64,000 bases of DNA, taken from assembly GCA_051294905.1 (NCBI GenBank), contig CM119377.1:9672001-9736000 (forward strand), written 5' to 3'. Position numbers and translations under genes: made by a program. This document shows, piece by piece, positions 11,916-24,351 of the stretch (its first letter is position 1; each line of letters starts with the position of its first letter). The DNA is from Botryllus schlosseri (Eukaryota). Under the pieces are notes generated by a model. It had not been told where the DNA came from, did not search any database, and was given only the letters and a program-made list of their open reading frames with translations.

Positions 11916-14900
11916 TCACGGGTTCGACTCATTGTCCAAGCTTAATATTATCTGATTATTGGACAGAGTGACTTGATAGGAGATGCTGCGCTGGTCTCTG
12001 CCGGAGCCTACCTCTTCCGAAGCGCCGATCGGCAGCGTCAAAATGTGTTTCCCGCTCTTGTCGGTCGAAAGCGGCAAAGTCACTACGGAGTCTGCAGGCG
12101 CCAACGCACCCGAGGTGACTACGTGACAGTTCTGCGAGAAAGCAAGGTTTTTCACGCGTTCCGAAGCTTTCGGCGCGATCGGCTGGCGGCGTGTTTTTTC
12201 CGGCGAGCCCGCCGATGAGTCCCCTCTAGAGGTCACGACCCTCGGCGATATTTTTATTTGTCGCTTGAGCGACGCGATAGTGGCACCGTTTCTGGCGTGT
12301 CTCTGTTCACATTTCGAGGCGTCGACGGGCTGCGGGCGTTGCGATTGGGCCTGGAAAGAGAATCGGTTGAGCGAAGGTGCGAAGAACTTCCATTAGAGTT
12401 TTTTGGGATTATTGGCAGAAGTAATGATTGATACATGTTAACTCCGGCTCGATATTACTTAGGGGTGGTCACTGGTCAGCAACGAAAACTTTTATAACTT
12501 GCTACTTTTCCGGAGAACTCAAGTAGGTTTTGTTAACTTGCACTACCTACTCGTTGTGATTTTAGATAACTAGGCCACACATATTTACTTTTTTACTCAC
12601 TCAGATATAGCTACATCTACTTGTATTTGACTGGAAATTCACGAAAACATTGTACTTCTACTGGAGTGCAAACAATGACTGCAGCGACTGCCTTCTCTGA
12701 ATTGTCACCGCTGGGGCTGAGCAAATCCGAGTACCAGAGTGATTCCGAATTTGAGTAACACGCTTCGAGTGGAGTATCCCTCATTATTTATCGACAAGAT
12801 AGCGTAATGATGGAGCGTTCGGCTTCTTGATCGGTAGGTCGTGGGTTCGATCCCCGGCCGGGTCACACCATAGACCTGATTAGTAAAACCGGCATCCATG
12901 ACTTTCCCGCATGGCGCTCAGCATCACCGGGATAGCATGGAGGGGTGGTGCAAGACTTAGAAAGCGTTACAGGGCTATATCTGCACCTTCCTCACATATG
13001 CACATCATGCACTGATGGTATACGTATGAAAAGATTGTGTGTATGTCTATCATGAGTCAGTGTATAAGCCGCAAAAACGCCAATGACAAAGATACGTAAA
13101 GTTCCTTTCTTCCCTATGACGTTGTAACAACACAGATGATACGGAAAGTTTAAATACGGAGCTTATATACGTTCCAAGGAATCATCGTACTGAACTCAAT
13201 TCGAGCACAAATTTGCAGAGAGCCGAATGACTTGCCCCTCGACAGGTTCCATACACTGATATTTTCAAATGCCATTGGTACTTTATTTCAGGTATGGCAT
13301 CATTATTTTAAAATAGTGAAAATCGATTTGGGCATGAATATTGGAAATCGAATCAAATCATTTGAGACACCATCTTTGTCTGTACCACTGCACCCATTTA
13401 GCTGATTGAGCCAAATAATAACCATGAAAGTGTCAAAGCTAAAGGCGGGAGCCCGGTTCAGTCACTTTATCCGGCTCGCAAGAGGTTACGCATGGCCCCC
13501 GTGAAAACACTTTGAATCAAGTTCGAACACATTGTATTCCGTACAGACCTGTTGCAATCTCTGCTCTTGCTCGACACGTTTGGAAGCTTGCAACAACAAG
13601 AACGACGCGACATTCCGTTCTTTCTCGGAGTCGGATATTTCGTCAGGGTTCGCTTTCGTTCCTGGCACCTAAAACCAAGTGGTTATGTATTTATACTACT
13701 TGTAACAAATTTTTGAGCAAACTATCACACTTTTGGTCTGTTTGCGTCCCTTTTCTGAGTAAAATTGTCATAACAACTGAGCAAAACGTCCCATGCGCAG
13801 CAGTGACCAAATTTATTTTCGAATATTGCACCTACTTGTGTTGTTAATAACTTTGCGTCGGTCGCGAAGATCCGCCCAGCACTTACAAAAGAAGTCACCT
13901 CCGGCTAATTGTTAAGATAGCTGACAAGATAGCGTAATGATGAGGCGTCTGGCTTCTTAATCAGTAGGTCGTGGGTTTGATCCCCGGCCGGGTCTGACTG
14001 AAGACCTGATTAGTAACACCTGTATCTATGACTTCCCCGCTTGGCGCTCAGCATTACCAGGATAGCATGGAGGGGTGGTGCAAGACTTAAAAAGCCTTAC
14101 AAGGCTATATCTGCACCTTCCTTGCCCAGCGGCATATGCACATCATGCACTCGTGGTATGCAGATGCACAGATCGTGTGTATGTATATCATGAGTCGGTG
14201 TATATGCCAGAAAACAACATCAAGGACAAATATACATAATGACCTTTGTTAAAAGTACGCGAGCCCTCACCTAAATCTACTTTTTGAATATACTGGAGCA
14301 CGTTTCACACCTTCTTTTTCTACTTCCCTTTGAAGTAGCTTTGATGTCTGAAAAACCGTTACTTCTAATTGTACTTAAGTGGAGACTTACGACGTTACTT
14401 CCACTTATACTTGTAACGGACGTTTTGGTCGTTGCCTAGCTCAAACGATAGTTCGTTATATTTACTTGATTAGAGTTTTGGCTGTAACACTTTTAGGCTT
14501 GTCGAGTAGCTTGCCAACTCGAATTGAGACTACCACCTCACTTTCTTTGCTTCCTACAATCCGAGCCTACCCCTGAGACCCGGTCAAATGTAACTCAAAC
14601 AGTTACAGAATAGGATAGCAATTTACTACATAGAAAGATCACGTCAACGTCGAGGCAATAGTCACAATAGCGGTTAACAACAGTTAACTCTCTAGGCTCT
14701 AAACTTACAATCTAAACAAAATACAATCACCTGAATGATGGCCTAAACTTAAACAATACTTACACAATACAAATAATGCCCTAAATGACACGTTGTATCA
14801 CTAAATTTAGCCTAACTTCAATCACTGATCCAATGATATTACAAGCAACAAAGCGACTAAACTTCAACAAGTGACTATCAAGACACGAGGGGAAAATCCA

Positions 14901-17900
14901 ACCAGAGAGGGCACTACTGAGCTGTGAGGCTCACAATCACTTGACCATTTCTCGTGTTACATTCCCCCCCACAGATGTAGGAATTACGAGAATACATCGA
15001 CTTAACCCAATAGCACGAGATATTATCAAGCCAAAGAAAAGTAATTCAAATTACCAATCAACTCATGCCACAATGTCACTATCAATGTAGGTCAAATGTT
15101 CTTCAAAAGGTTTGTGAGACTTCAGTAAATCTCTCAAATATATCAACAGTCTTCAAGTAACATTTTCGAACAACCATCTGTTTACTGGCTGTACAATCAA
15201 CCAAGTACGAACGAAAAACTGGAACTTCATGAAGAAAGGTTCCACTCTTCTTCTTTGGGAGACATCGGAGTTCGATCCACATCGCACAATGGCATTCACC
15301 AGACACTCAATCTTCTTCAAGGTCTCCAAAGCTGTTTCGGTTTGTACCTCCTTATAAAAGAAGGATAATGACAATATGTCAGTGCCAATCCAAATGGCAG
15401 CCAACTCCAACATTGATTTGTCCATGCTACCAAACCGAGCAAGCCCTTGAAAACAAGCCCCATTATAACGAGATGCTTCTTCATAAAATTCAGTGCCGTC
15501 AGAATACCCTTGTGGATCCTTCAACAATTGCGATTCGAAATTAGCACTCACATCGCGAATCCGATCGTCACCAGTTATGGAACGAGAGCATGCTTCAATC
15601 TTTGAATCCAATGCGCAATCCATTGACACCTGTGTCATCAACTTTTTAATATTGGCATCAAGAGAATATCGTTTCTCAAATGTGAATTGATCTCCTGTCA
15701 CTTCTCTATGCACAAATTGCACAGGCATCTTTGCTACCTGACCATTACCAGTTGGATCAGGATGACTTGACTTGAGAAGTATTGATACTTCATCATGCGC
15801 ATTAGGTGATTCGGTTTCATCTTCAAACTTTGCATCACGTGAACAGCCCGAGTGTTCACTCAACAATGTATCTTCCGGAATATGATTATCAACTCTGTTC
15901 ACATGGAGAACGTCTTCCGGAATACATTTCAGCGCCTTTCCAATATCAGGAAATTTACAAGACCTGGCACTGTCAAATTTAACCATTGTGGTTTGAGAAC
16001 ATTCTGTGTCACAGTCCTCAACGTTGTCATAGTTTCCTTTCAAAATACCAAGGTCCTGAACACAAGTATTTGCATTGATGCAATCTTCAATTGGGTGTGG
16101 CGCATTGACAGGATCGACGATAACATCGACTTCAGTGGAATTGAATACTGCAGCTTCAGAATTACTTGGACATTCCACATCCTGACCTTTCACATCACAT
16201 TTGTCTTTGCTTGTCCCATTGACAAATACTTGTGCAGTGTTGCCAAGGCCTTTCACAGCCAATCCAACGAGGGCAGGAGAAACTGGAGTCTCTGTATTTA
16301 CACTGCTTTGCTTCAGAGCAGTATTTTGACAAACAGTGATTTCTTCAGTATTCTTCTGCGAGTATGAATGTAACTTGTGCATGTTAGCTGAGTATTTCCA
16401 AATACTTGCTTCAACGCAAGCAAGTTCAAAGTCTTGCTTCAATCGTAATCGTGACGTTTTACGTTCAATCATTACTTTCTCATCTTCCAAAACTTCGCGA
16501 TTGAACTGATGAGCCAATTTCAAATGAGCCATTTTCTTTTGAATTATTGCTTCTTTTCTCTTCACGTTTACACTATCATATATGCTGGCAGAATATGCAT
16601 TTCTAAATCGCCGAGACACATGACGACTGCTTCCAATATAATTCGAACGTGTATGTTTCGATCTTTCTTGCATGCATCTCTCCAACTTAGTTTGGAATTC
16701 ATGATAAAATCTCACTTGTTCATCATGATCTTTATGACATGCAATCTTTTCTAGATCATTTTCGACTCCGAGGAGATATAAACTCCAGAGTGTAGAATAT
16801 TCTTGAAACATACACTGTAGATCACTTTGATGTCTCAGAAGATTGATATTTACGTCTTGGGTCGAGATTTCGTGTTCAATGCTTTCATATCTTCTATGCA
16901 GTCCGGCCAACTTCTGAATCAATTCTTCTTCAGACACACACTTAATTCTTGCCATGGTCATTGTTGTTTTTCATCAGTTACGAATTGGAGAGACGTTGGA
17001 AACCTCAGTTGCACATTACCGTTTTGACTGGCGTGAACTAACTATTTGCTTACCTAGGGCTGGGCCAATCACCAACTCCTGAACTTGCTTCTACTTTCAA
17101 TTACAACGAGGACAATTTCATGTATGGAGGACACTAGCCTCATATGAGAACCTATATCTCATTCAAATGCAAAATACTTCTGCTGAGAACCCTTGGCTTA
17201 GCAGTCAAATTTTCTATTGGGAACACCAGCCTCAATAGTCTTACGAATTTGTATCAACTGCTACTAAAGCTGATTCTAACAATCAATTCAATGTCAGCTC
17301 TTCCAATACAATACTTTTACTAGCAGTTGTCAACGGTACAATACCGGTACTCCACTTGCAGCAATTGATATTCAACAATGGCCAAGTCTATACAATAGAC
17401 TTGGATATATCAAACTGTGGACGACCGTTTCTATCAAAAGTTTCTGTTTTGATAGTCTTCAAATTACTTCCAAGATTGTTGTTAACTTAAATGTAACGGA
17501 CGTTTTGGTCGTTGCCTAGCTCAAACGATAGTTCGTTATATTTACTTGATTAGAGTTTTGGCTGTAACACTTTTAGGCTTGTCGAGTAGCTTGCCAACTC
17601 GAATTGAGACTACCACCTCACTTTCTTTGCTTCCTACAATCCGAGCCTACCCCTGAGACCCGGTCAAATGTAACTCAAACAGTTACAGAATAGGATAGCA
17701 ATTTACTACATAGAAAGATCACGTCAACGTCGAGGCAATAGTCACAATAGCGGTTAACAACAGTTAACTCTCTAGGCTCTAAACTTACAATCTAAACAAA
17801 ATACAATCACCTGAATGATGGCCTAAACTTAAACAATACTTACACAATACAAATAATGCCCTAAATGACACGTTGTATCACTAAATTTAGCCTAACTTCA

Positions 17901-20900
17901 ATCACTGATCCAATGATATTACAAGCAACAAAGCGACTAAACTTCAACAAGTGACTATCAAGACACGAGGGGAAAATCCAACCAGAGAGGGCACTACTGA
18001 GCTGTGAGGCTCACAATCACTTGACCATTTCTCGTGTTACAATACTTGAGTACCAACGATGACTACTTTAATCATCTCAGGTCACGACTCCAATACAATG
18101 ATCTTTCTATAAAACTTGGTCTACAGTCCGGAAATTTGTATCATGCAAGCCTGAACAATGACCCACCCATGTCGACTTTGACTGCACTTTTCTCCTCCCC
18201 GAATCGTCGATTGCCACATTAGACATGCCAGATTGCTTCTTCAAAGGCGGTGACGACCCGGGCTGATCCACGACAGCGACCTGGATGGAGTCGACGTTAT
18301 CGGTACGGGAACCTGCCAACATTTTAAAGCTGGTATTACAAAGATTCAGTCCGTAAGGCGATCGCACGATCAAACCTGTGGTTGTGGGCCTTGTAAACAC
18401 TTTCAGATTACAGAATTCCTTCCCGATATGTGTGAAGAACGACGTGGTCTGAACGGGCTTGTGATAGGGAGCTATCTGTGAACACCAAGAAAAAAAATAC
18501 AATTGAAAAACAAAAGGTCTACTGTACGCGCCAACAGTGGGTGCAGCACCCTGTGGGTCTTATCGGTGACCAAGTGATCACCCTACTTTGCACAGTCATA
18601 AACGTACAGCGTTGCAAACATCACGGCCAGATACGGTTTTTCGAAGCACATCTGTACATTATGGTGAACGCCTTCAGCACCCTTGCCCGATTTTGCAGCA
18701 TCATGACCTTGTTGTCACTACGTTTTTAGTGAAAATCCCTAACAAATCTTAAAGTTTTGGTTCTGTTCTCTAGTGGATTTATGAAAAATGCCACAAATCG
18801 AGTTTAGAATTTATCGCTGCAATTCTGACGGTAAAATACCGACACAATGTAAAGTTTCCGCAAGACACTGCAATATTCACCAACTTTATTCTCAGACACC
18901 TCGGATCACTTACATTAACGTGCGAGATTCGATTATCGACGACATGAGAAATCATACAGCATACTCATTGACTGAAAAATAATTAACACAGAAAATCATG
19001 CGAAGAAAATTACCGAATGGAAGAAATAAAACAAAAGAGGATGCTTGATTTCAAATTGATTTTAAAAGTACTTTCGATTCATCTCGAGCTTGAGCCCATA
19101 CAATCGAGGGTAGAGGGTGCTGCAGTTACGACCCGCGTAGCACACACAACCAATGTCACCCACGAGCATTCAGTCGACTCACGTTCTGATACCGTTTCAC
19201 TTTGGCCACACTCTGAATGTACTTCAAAAGCTCGGGTGCGCCCTCGGAAAAAGGCGGCACGGAGAAGTCCTGCAGAATGTGCCGCACGTAACTCTCCTCG
19301 TCCTCGGGCCAGGGTGACACCCCTGAAATCGAACGGATGTAGCTGCATGAAAAACTAATTCGACGAATACGACAACGACGAAATCCTCACGCGACAGGTC
19401 CACCGGTTCTGGATTTTTCGCGGCGTCGGACGGGATCAGAAGAAGCTTTTTTGGGAGAAATCGAAATTGATAGACGAGACGGCTGCCGTCAACTTTGCGC
19501 AGTATGCCTTTCTGATAGTAGTACCTGAAGGTAAGGTGGGAGATATCGGCATCGGGTAGTCATGGTTTAGGCTAGCTTTGTTAGGATTAGTGTTGAGGTC
19601 TGGTTGGCATGGGTTAGGTTTAGGTTGGCTGGCTGTACGACTAGTGCATTAGTTCAAACGGGGTTTCAAACAAACCGCAGGAGCTCGGCAGAGGTCAAGA
19701 TTCATATCAGACTCATACAGCTGAAGTCACATTAATTAGGAGTAAATATTCAATATAATCTTTATGTTTGCCTGGAAATCGTGATTGAATGGGTTTGTTC
19801 TTTTAACAGTGTTGTTGATGCACAATTGATTTTGCACACCACTATTCTGAAGTAATTTATCAAGTATTTAGTGTGGTAGATTTTTGCTTTTGTGACTCTG
19901 CGTAAATTTCTCGAAGGTACTTCCAAAAGTTCAAACTAAACCACAAGCAGCCTAGAAACGAGGGATACTGAGTAGAGATTGCTCAAAAAGAAGGGCTTCA
20001 TAACCAACCCCTTATCACTCACCTTAAAGCCCTGCCGACAGTCTCATAATTCATTTCCGGTTTGTTCTTCAATTTTCCCCATAAAAACGACACCGTTTTC
20101 GTGTCGACCAATTTGAAGACGCCCATCGATACGTTGATCCATCTGCGAATAACACAGTACAATTATCCAAACCTGAACATTGCATCTTTTATAGTGAAAC
20201 ACGACACCAGTATCGACATTTTAGCGATCTTAGCAATGGACTGTGTGAATGTGCCTTACTCACTTGATGTATTTCGGACAAGTGCAGGGATCTTGCAGAA
20301 GGGCCATCATAAACTGCCACAAGAAGTATGTAGAATCTGAAATAGCGGAAGGAATATGGATTGAGCGCGCATTATTTTGGCGACAGCGAGGCACGTTTCG
20401 GCGTACTCCTGGTGCGAATCGGTCTTTTGCCGTCGACGGATTTCCTGGGACGTATGTTATCTCGTTTTACGTTCGAATCTCCCCAAGACGACCTGGTGCT
20501 GGTCATCTGCTGCTGCATAATCTCATTCAAGGTTTGAAGCGCAAGCTGATCCTGAGAGAGCTTTTGGATTTTCGGCTCCGGCTCTGCAGTAAGAATGAGA
20601 TTTGAGGCTGTGATTTTGGAATCCGGTACCATGTTCCGAGGTAAAAAACTTGAAATATTTATTAATAAATGTACATTATATGTTTTGTTTCTGTACTAGA
20701 AATTGTTGTGTCCAGCTATAATTGAAAGTAAGATATCAGATGAGTATTGACACCATAGCACACTGGTTCTCAAACTTTTTTTCGACACGCCCCCTTGACA
20801 GTGAAAAATTTCGCGCCCCCCCCCCCCCTCTCGTCATATCAAAATATATGATAAAGAGCAATCAGAATGTTTGTAATCCCAATGTATTGCTTGGTGGCAT

Positions 20901-23900
20901 AGAAGGTATTATGGCTGTTGAGACACTTCTCAAACATGGAATTCGGACCACCCACAGAGCAACAAATACGAGCTGGAGCCCCTCCAGTTTGAAAACCATT
21001 GAACCAGAGACTAGACCAGTGGTTCTCAAACTTTTTTAGACACGCCCCCCCCCCCCCCCCCCTTTATGATAGTGAACAATTTTGCGCCCCCTTATCGTGA
21101 TATTACAAAATGCAACCTGAATGCTAGCAATCCCAACGGATAGTTTGATGGCATGGAAGGTTACGACTGTTGATGACAGAACTCTCAAATATGAAATTCG
21201 GACCATATACAGAGCAATAACTGTGAATTTGAGGTCCAATTTCTTCAATTGACCACAGCTTTGCTCCCCCATTCAGATGCTTTCACGCCCTCCAGTTAGA
21301 GAACCACTGCCATAGCGTATAATATGTGTCTCTTTCCGTAACGGAAGTTAACACGAAACGGCACCAAATGATTGAAGCGAAAAAATCCCAAATACCTGGA
21401 TCGATATCGCTGTCCAACGAGTTAACAGGATGCTGATCAGAAGTGCGCCTATTGCCGATTTCTCTCTCATTTTCTGTAACAACGCATGGCATTTTCTCGA
21501 CAAGACAGCACAAAAGCAAACCGTGACGACTATCATAAGCCAGTGAATTCTGTTTAATTCTTTCTTAACATAAAGATCTCAGAATTCGAGCCTGTCTGCT
21601 TGAATTAGTAAACAAATTTCTCATCCTTAATTAGCACTGCAGATGCTGTGCTGTGACTTCAAAATCACAAAGACACCTTCACATATAATCAGAGGTGATC
21701 AAAGTAGTCAGTTTCAGTACTGGAGTAGGAGTAGCAGAAATGCCATAAATTTCGACTCAATTGCAAGTAGAAGTTGGCCTCACGGTATTCAAGATATGTG
21801 AAAAGTACTTCAAGTTGATTTCTTTGAGTGGTCACAAGCTTTATCGGCCAATTTATGGTGTTTATTGCTTACATATGATTAGGGCTGGGCAAAATCGAGT
21901 ACCTGAGTGATTCGATTCTGAATCACGTATTACGCTTCGAGTCGAGTATCACTCATTATGGCGTCACACCAGAATATACTATGTCGAATTTCAAATATGC
22001 GTCTTTTATGCCACCACAAAGAATATGGTGAGAATAGTATCAAAACAATAATCTCGTTAGTAAATTAACTTTCAGTTGCGAGGAGCGAATAATTTCAGTA
22101 CTCGAAAAAATAGTATTTAAATACTCGACTCGAATCATTAAAATTAATACTCGATTCTGATTCGAATACTCGACTCATTGTGCCCAGCCCTACATGTGAT
22201 GAGATCAGAGTGGGGGGGGGGGCAAAGGACGTCATCTATTGTGCAGAAAGGGGCTACTGAAATTGCGAGGTTCAGAAGGACTGTTTTGGAAGAGACCACT
22301 CTGTTAACTCTACATTATGATAAGAGAGATCATAATTTCAGCGTTAATACCATGTTGTCGGTAAAGATACTGCAGGTGACTCCACAAGACATCGCCATGC
22401 GGCAAACGCTCTACAAATTCCTGCTTGCTCATGGTAGCGATTTCTCTTCCGTTGATGTGAAGATTTTTAACCTGAAATGAGCAAAAACAAAAATAAGGCA
22501 TAAGAAACATTAGGATCACACTTGAAGGCAAGGTAAAAACTGATTTTACAGTCCTCGCATGGCGTAGTTTTACAATTAAAACATGTATATTTCGCAGAGG
22601 TATTATAAAACCGAAAAGGTCAGTCACTTTCCACACCACATTTATAGCAGGCTTCATTAAAGGAAGTTGCGGCGAGAGAGAATTTATTTGGTTCCATCAA
22701 AATATATAAATAGCGAAATATAATTCAATGTAGTACCAGGCTGTAACGAAAGGATCGGGTGATTATCGAATCAGCTACAGACTGAATGGAGGCCTGTTAC
22801 ATTATGAAATTCGTGGATGGATATTGGGTGTATGCAAAGTATTTGGGATCTACGCAGTGCATTTGCTGAGATTCGTAATTTCAAGTGAAACCATAGAAAT
22901 TGAGTAGTAGAGCAGTCCCTATTCGATTCCGTCACATATATTGAAGCAAAAATATAGAAACATAGAATGATTTGCGTTAATACAACATCATTGCACTGAT
23001 GCTAAAGCAAACTGTGCATGTGCATAATTCCCTCACCTTGGATTTATCAAGATGGAAAAGTTGCGCCACCAGAAGCATCCAAACATACACGTGGTCATCC
23101 GACCACGACAAAGGATCTCGGTCGATGATCTCCTCAACAGAATCGCCCTCCAAAGAATTTTGGATGGTGCTCGTACTCTCACCGACCGCTACTTCCGTCA
23201 CTACGTCTTCATTCAAGCCGATACAGTTGAAGACATCTTTATCGTCGCTGAAGTTGTTCAAACCAATCTGAAAATATGGTCCATAGTATTCATTTACTTA
23301 TTGTAAACCATTTGGCTTTTAGCATAGGAGGGTTCCTCATAAGTATGGACTGGGCACAATGCTCCAAGTCCTTGAATTCGAATCGAGTATTAATTGAATG
23401 GTTTGAGATAAGGGCGGTCAGAGATGATGATACAAGTACTGAAACTGTATCTCAGTTGCCTGTTACGTAACAGACCCTGAAAGTGCATATCACAGGTCAT
23501 CGATAACGTTTGACTGTTTGGAGTGATTTCAAGCCTGCTTTATATCACACACCTGCTGGTGAGTGGTGACTATAGCTTTGGATCCTATCCTTTTAAAAAT
23601 AGGGCTAGGCTTAAAGGGTTAGGGTCTACGATTTGTGGACATATTCAAGAATGAATGCACATAAGGGTATATATAAATAGGGACTATGGAGGAGTGTTCT
23701 TTCCATAGTCAGAGTTAGTTAGGAATACATGACATGCCTTTTTTAAGTAAAGCGTTGCTAATCGTGCTACAAAATACATGTCAAATTGTCAATCCCCATA
23801 AAACAGAAGACAGACAGACAGAAGTCTATTTCCAAAAGGAAGAAAGTAATGTGGTGAAATGGTGGCCAGCGATACGACCATCGGGTCTTCAAGTCAGCTG

Positions 23901-24351
23901 GTCACCTTCTACATTATACAGACAGTCATATTATAGGCTCATATGCAAAACCAATTACATATAACCCAAATACGTACATCTATAATTAATGATTTGTCAT
24001 ATCACTGCTGTCAACGTGTTAAGGTTTGCAAACAGAGCCGCAAAATGCACTGACAATCCCCATCTTTGTATCTATTTGGTCAAGTAAGACTTGTTACCAC
24101 AAATTACGACTGAGTAAGTCAGAAATCTGATATTAACTTACTGTAACAGGCATGTGAGGATCTCGATCATCTAGAGTCGCACTTCCGTCATCTAGGGAAC
24201 ATGCATCTCTTTCCATCATTGAAACGGAGCTTGCTTCGGCTAAAATCAAAGATAAGCTCAACACATGAAATTTCAGGTAACAACTGAAACATTATAGCAT
24301 TTCAAGTATTTAAATATGTACCTGCTTGCAGAAGAAGATCGATACGTTCAT
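11916..24351 (-). CDS. ETS-family transcription factor (Pointed/SAM domain + ELF/E74-like ETS domain + long C-terminus), ~655 aa; first exon and 3' end uncertain
   Basis: Phase-consistent exons 24351-24322, 23267-23037, 22471-22351, 21473-21396, 20583-20407, 20336-20264, 20142-20023, 19524-19391, 19322-19183, 18475-18167, 13668-13549, 12350-11916. PNT: [13 protein letters not shown]...[33 protein letters not shown]: [23 protein letters not shown]...[54 protein letters not shown]. Confidence 0.85.
12793..13100 (+). mobile_element. tRNA-derived SINE (MetaSINE-like core), copy 1
   Basis: A-box-like TAGCGTAATGATG and B-box GGTTCGATCCC, then core GGTCACACCATAGAC...CCCGCATGGCGCTCAGCA; alignable to 13923-14240. 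Confidence 0.8.
13923..14240 (+). mobile_element. tRNA-derived SINE, copy 2
   Basis: Same head, core and tail as 12793-13100 with scattered substitutions. Confidence 0.8.
14412..18041 (-). mobile_element. Non-autonomous LTR retroelement (3630 bp), probably BEL/Pao-derived, in an intron of the ETS gene
   Basis: 550-bp LTRs at 14412-14961 and 17492-18041, identical by eye, with TGTAAC...GTTACA ends; 5-bp TSD ATACT (14407-14411, 18042-18046); minus-strand polypurine tract GGGGGGGGAA abutting the 3' LTR. Confidence 0.95.
15153..16961 (-). CDS. 602-aa ORF of the LTR element; gag-like coiled-coil N-terminus, no recognisable protease, RT, RNase H or integrase
   Basis: Intact ORF between the LTRs. 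The S/R-rich then E/K heptad stretch (SSRHVSRR...[35 protein letters not shown]) resembles BEL/Pao gag N-termini. No YXDD, DDE or CCHC motifs seen. Confidence 0.8.
   Translation of the reverse strand: MTMARIKCVSEEELIQKLAGLHRRYESIEHEISTQDVNINLLRHQSDLQCMFQEYSTLWSLYLLGVENDLEKIACHKDHDEQVRFYHEFQTKLERCMQERSKHTRSNYIGSSRHVSRRFRNAYSASIYDSVNVKRKEAIIQKKMAHLKLAHQFNREVLEDEKVMIERKTSRLRLKQDFELACVEASIWKYSANMHKLHSYSQKNTEEITVCQNTALKQSSVNTETPVSPALVGLAVKGLGNTAQVFVNGTSKDKCDVKGQDVECPSNSEAAVFNSTEVDVIVDPVNAPHPIEDCINANTCVQDLGILKGNYDNVEDCDTECSQTTMVKFDSARSCKFPDIGKALKCIPEDVLHVNRVDNHIPEDTLLSEHSGCSRDAKFEDETESPNAHDEVSILLKSSHPDPTGNGQVAKMPVQFVHREVTGDQFTFEKRYSLDANIKKLMTQVSMDCALDSKIEACSRSITGDDRIRDVSANFESQLLKDPQGYSDGTEFYEEASRYNGACFQGLARFGSMDKSMLELAAIWIGTDILSLSFFYKEVQTETALETLKKIECLVNAIVRCGSNSDVSQRRRVEPFFMKFQFFVRTWLIVQPVNRWLFENVT
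20761..21309. mobile_element. Tandem dimer of hAT/Charlie-type MITEs (CAGTGGTTCTC termini)
   Basis: Units 20761-21001 and 21017-21309 with a 15-bp spacer; outer flanks CCATAGCA / CCATAGCG match at 7 of 8 positions. Confidence 0.8.
21880..22192. mobile_element. hAT-type MITE (TAGGGCTGGGC termini)
   Basis: TIR TAGGGCTGGGCA...TGCCCAGCCCTA; TSD CATATGAT / CATGTGAT (7/8); subterminal CGAGT repeats. Confidence 0.85.

Noticed and set aside
14412-18041. Long direct repeats considered as a CRISPR array or segmental duplication
   Set aside because: Two 550-bp TG...CA repeats with a TSD and PPT are LTRs; there is no repeat-spacer periodicity and no cas gene.
18107-18166. ETS gene ending at the 18107 stop, with the LTR element in the 3' UTR
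   Set aside because: A GTGGGT donor at 18166 and clean phase-0 exons at 13668-13549 and 12350 downstream favour a longer gene. A short isoform is not excluded.
19560-19630. Telomere-like TTAGG/GGTTAG runs (also ~10705-10760, ~23600-23625, ~63640)
   Set aside because: Short and highly degenerate; typical low-complexity transposon interiors rather than interstitial telomere arrays.
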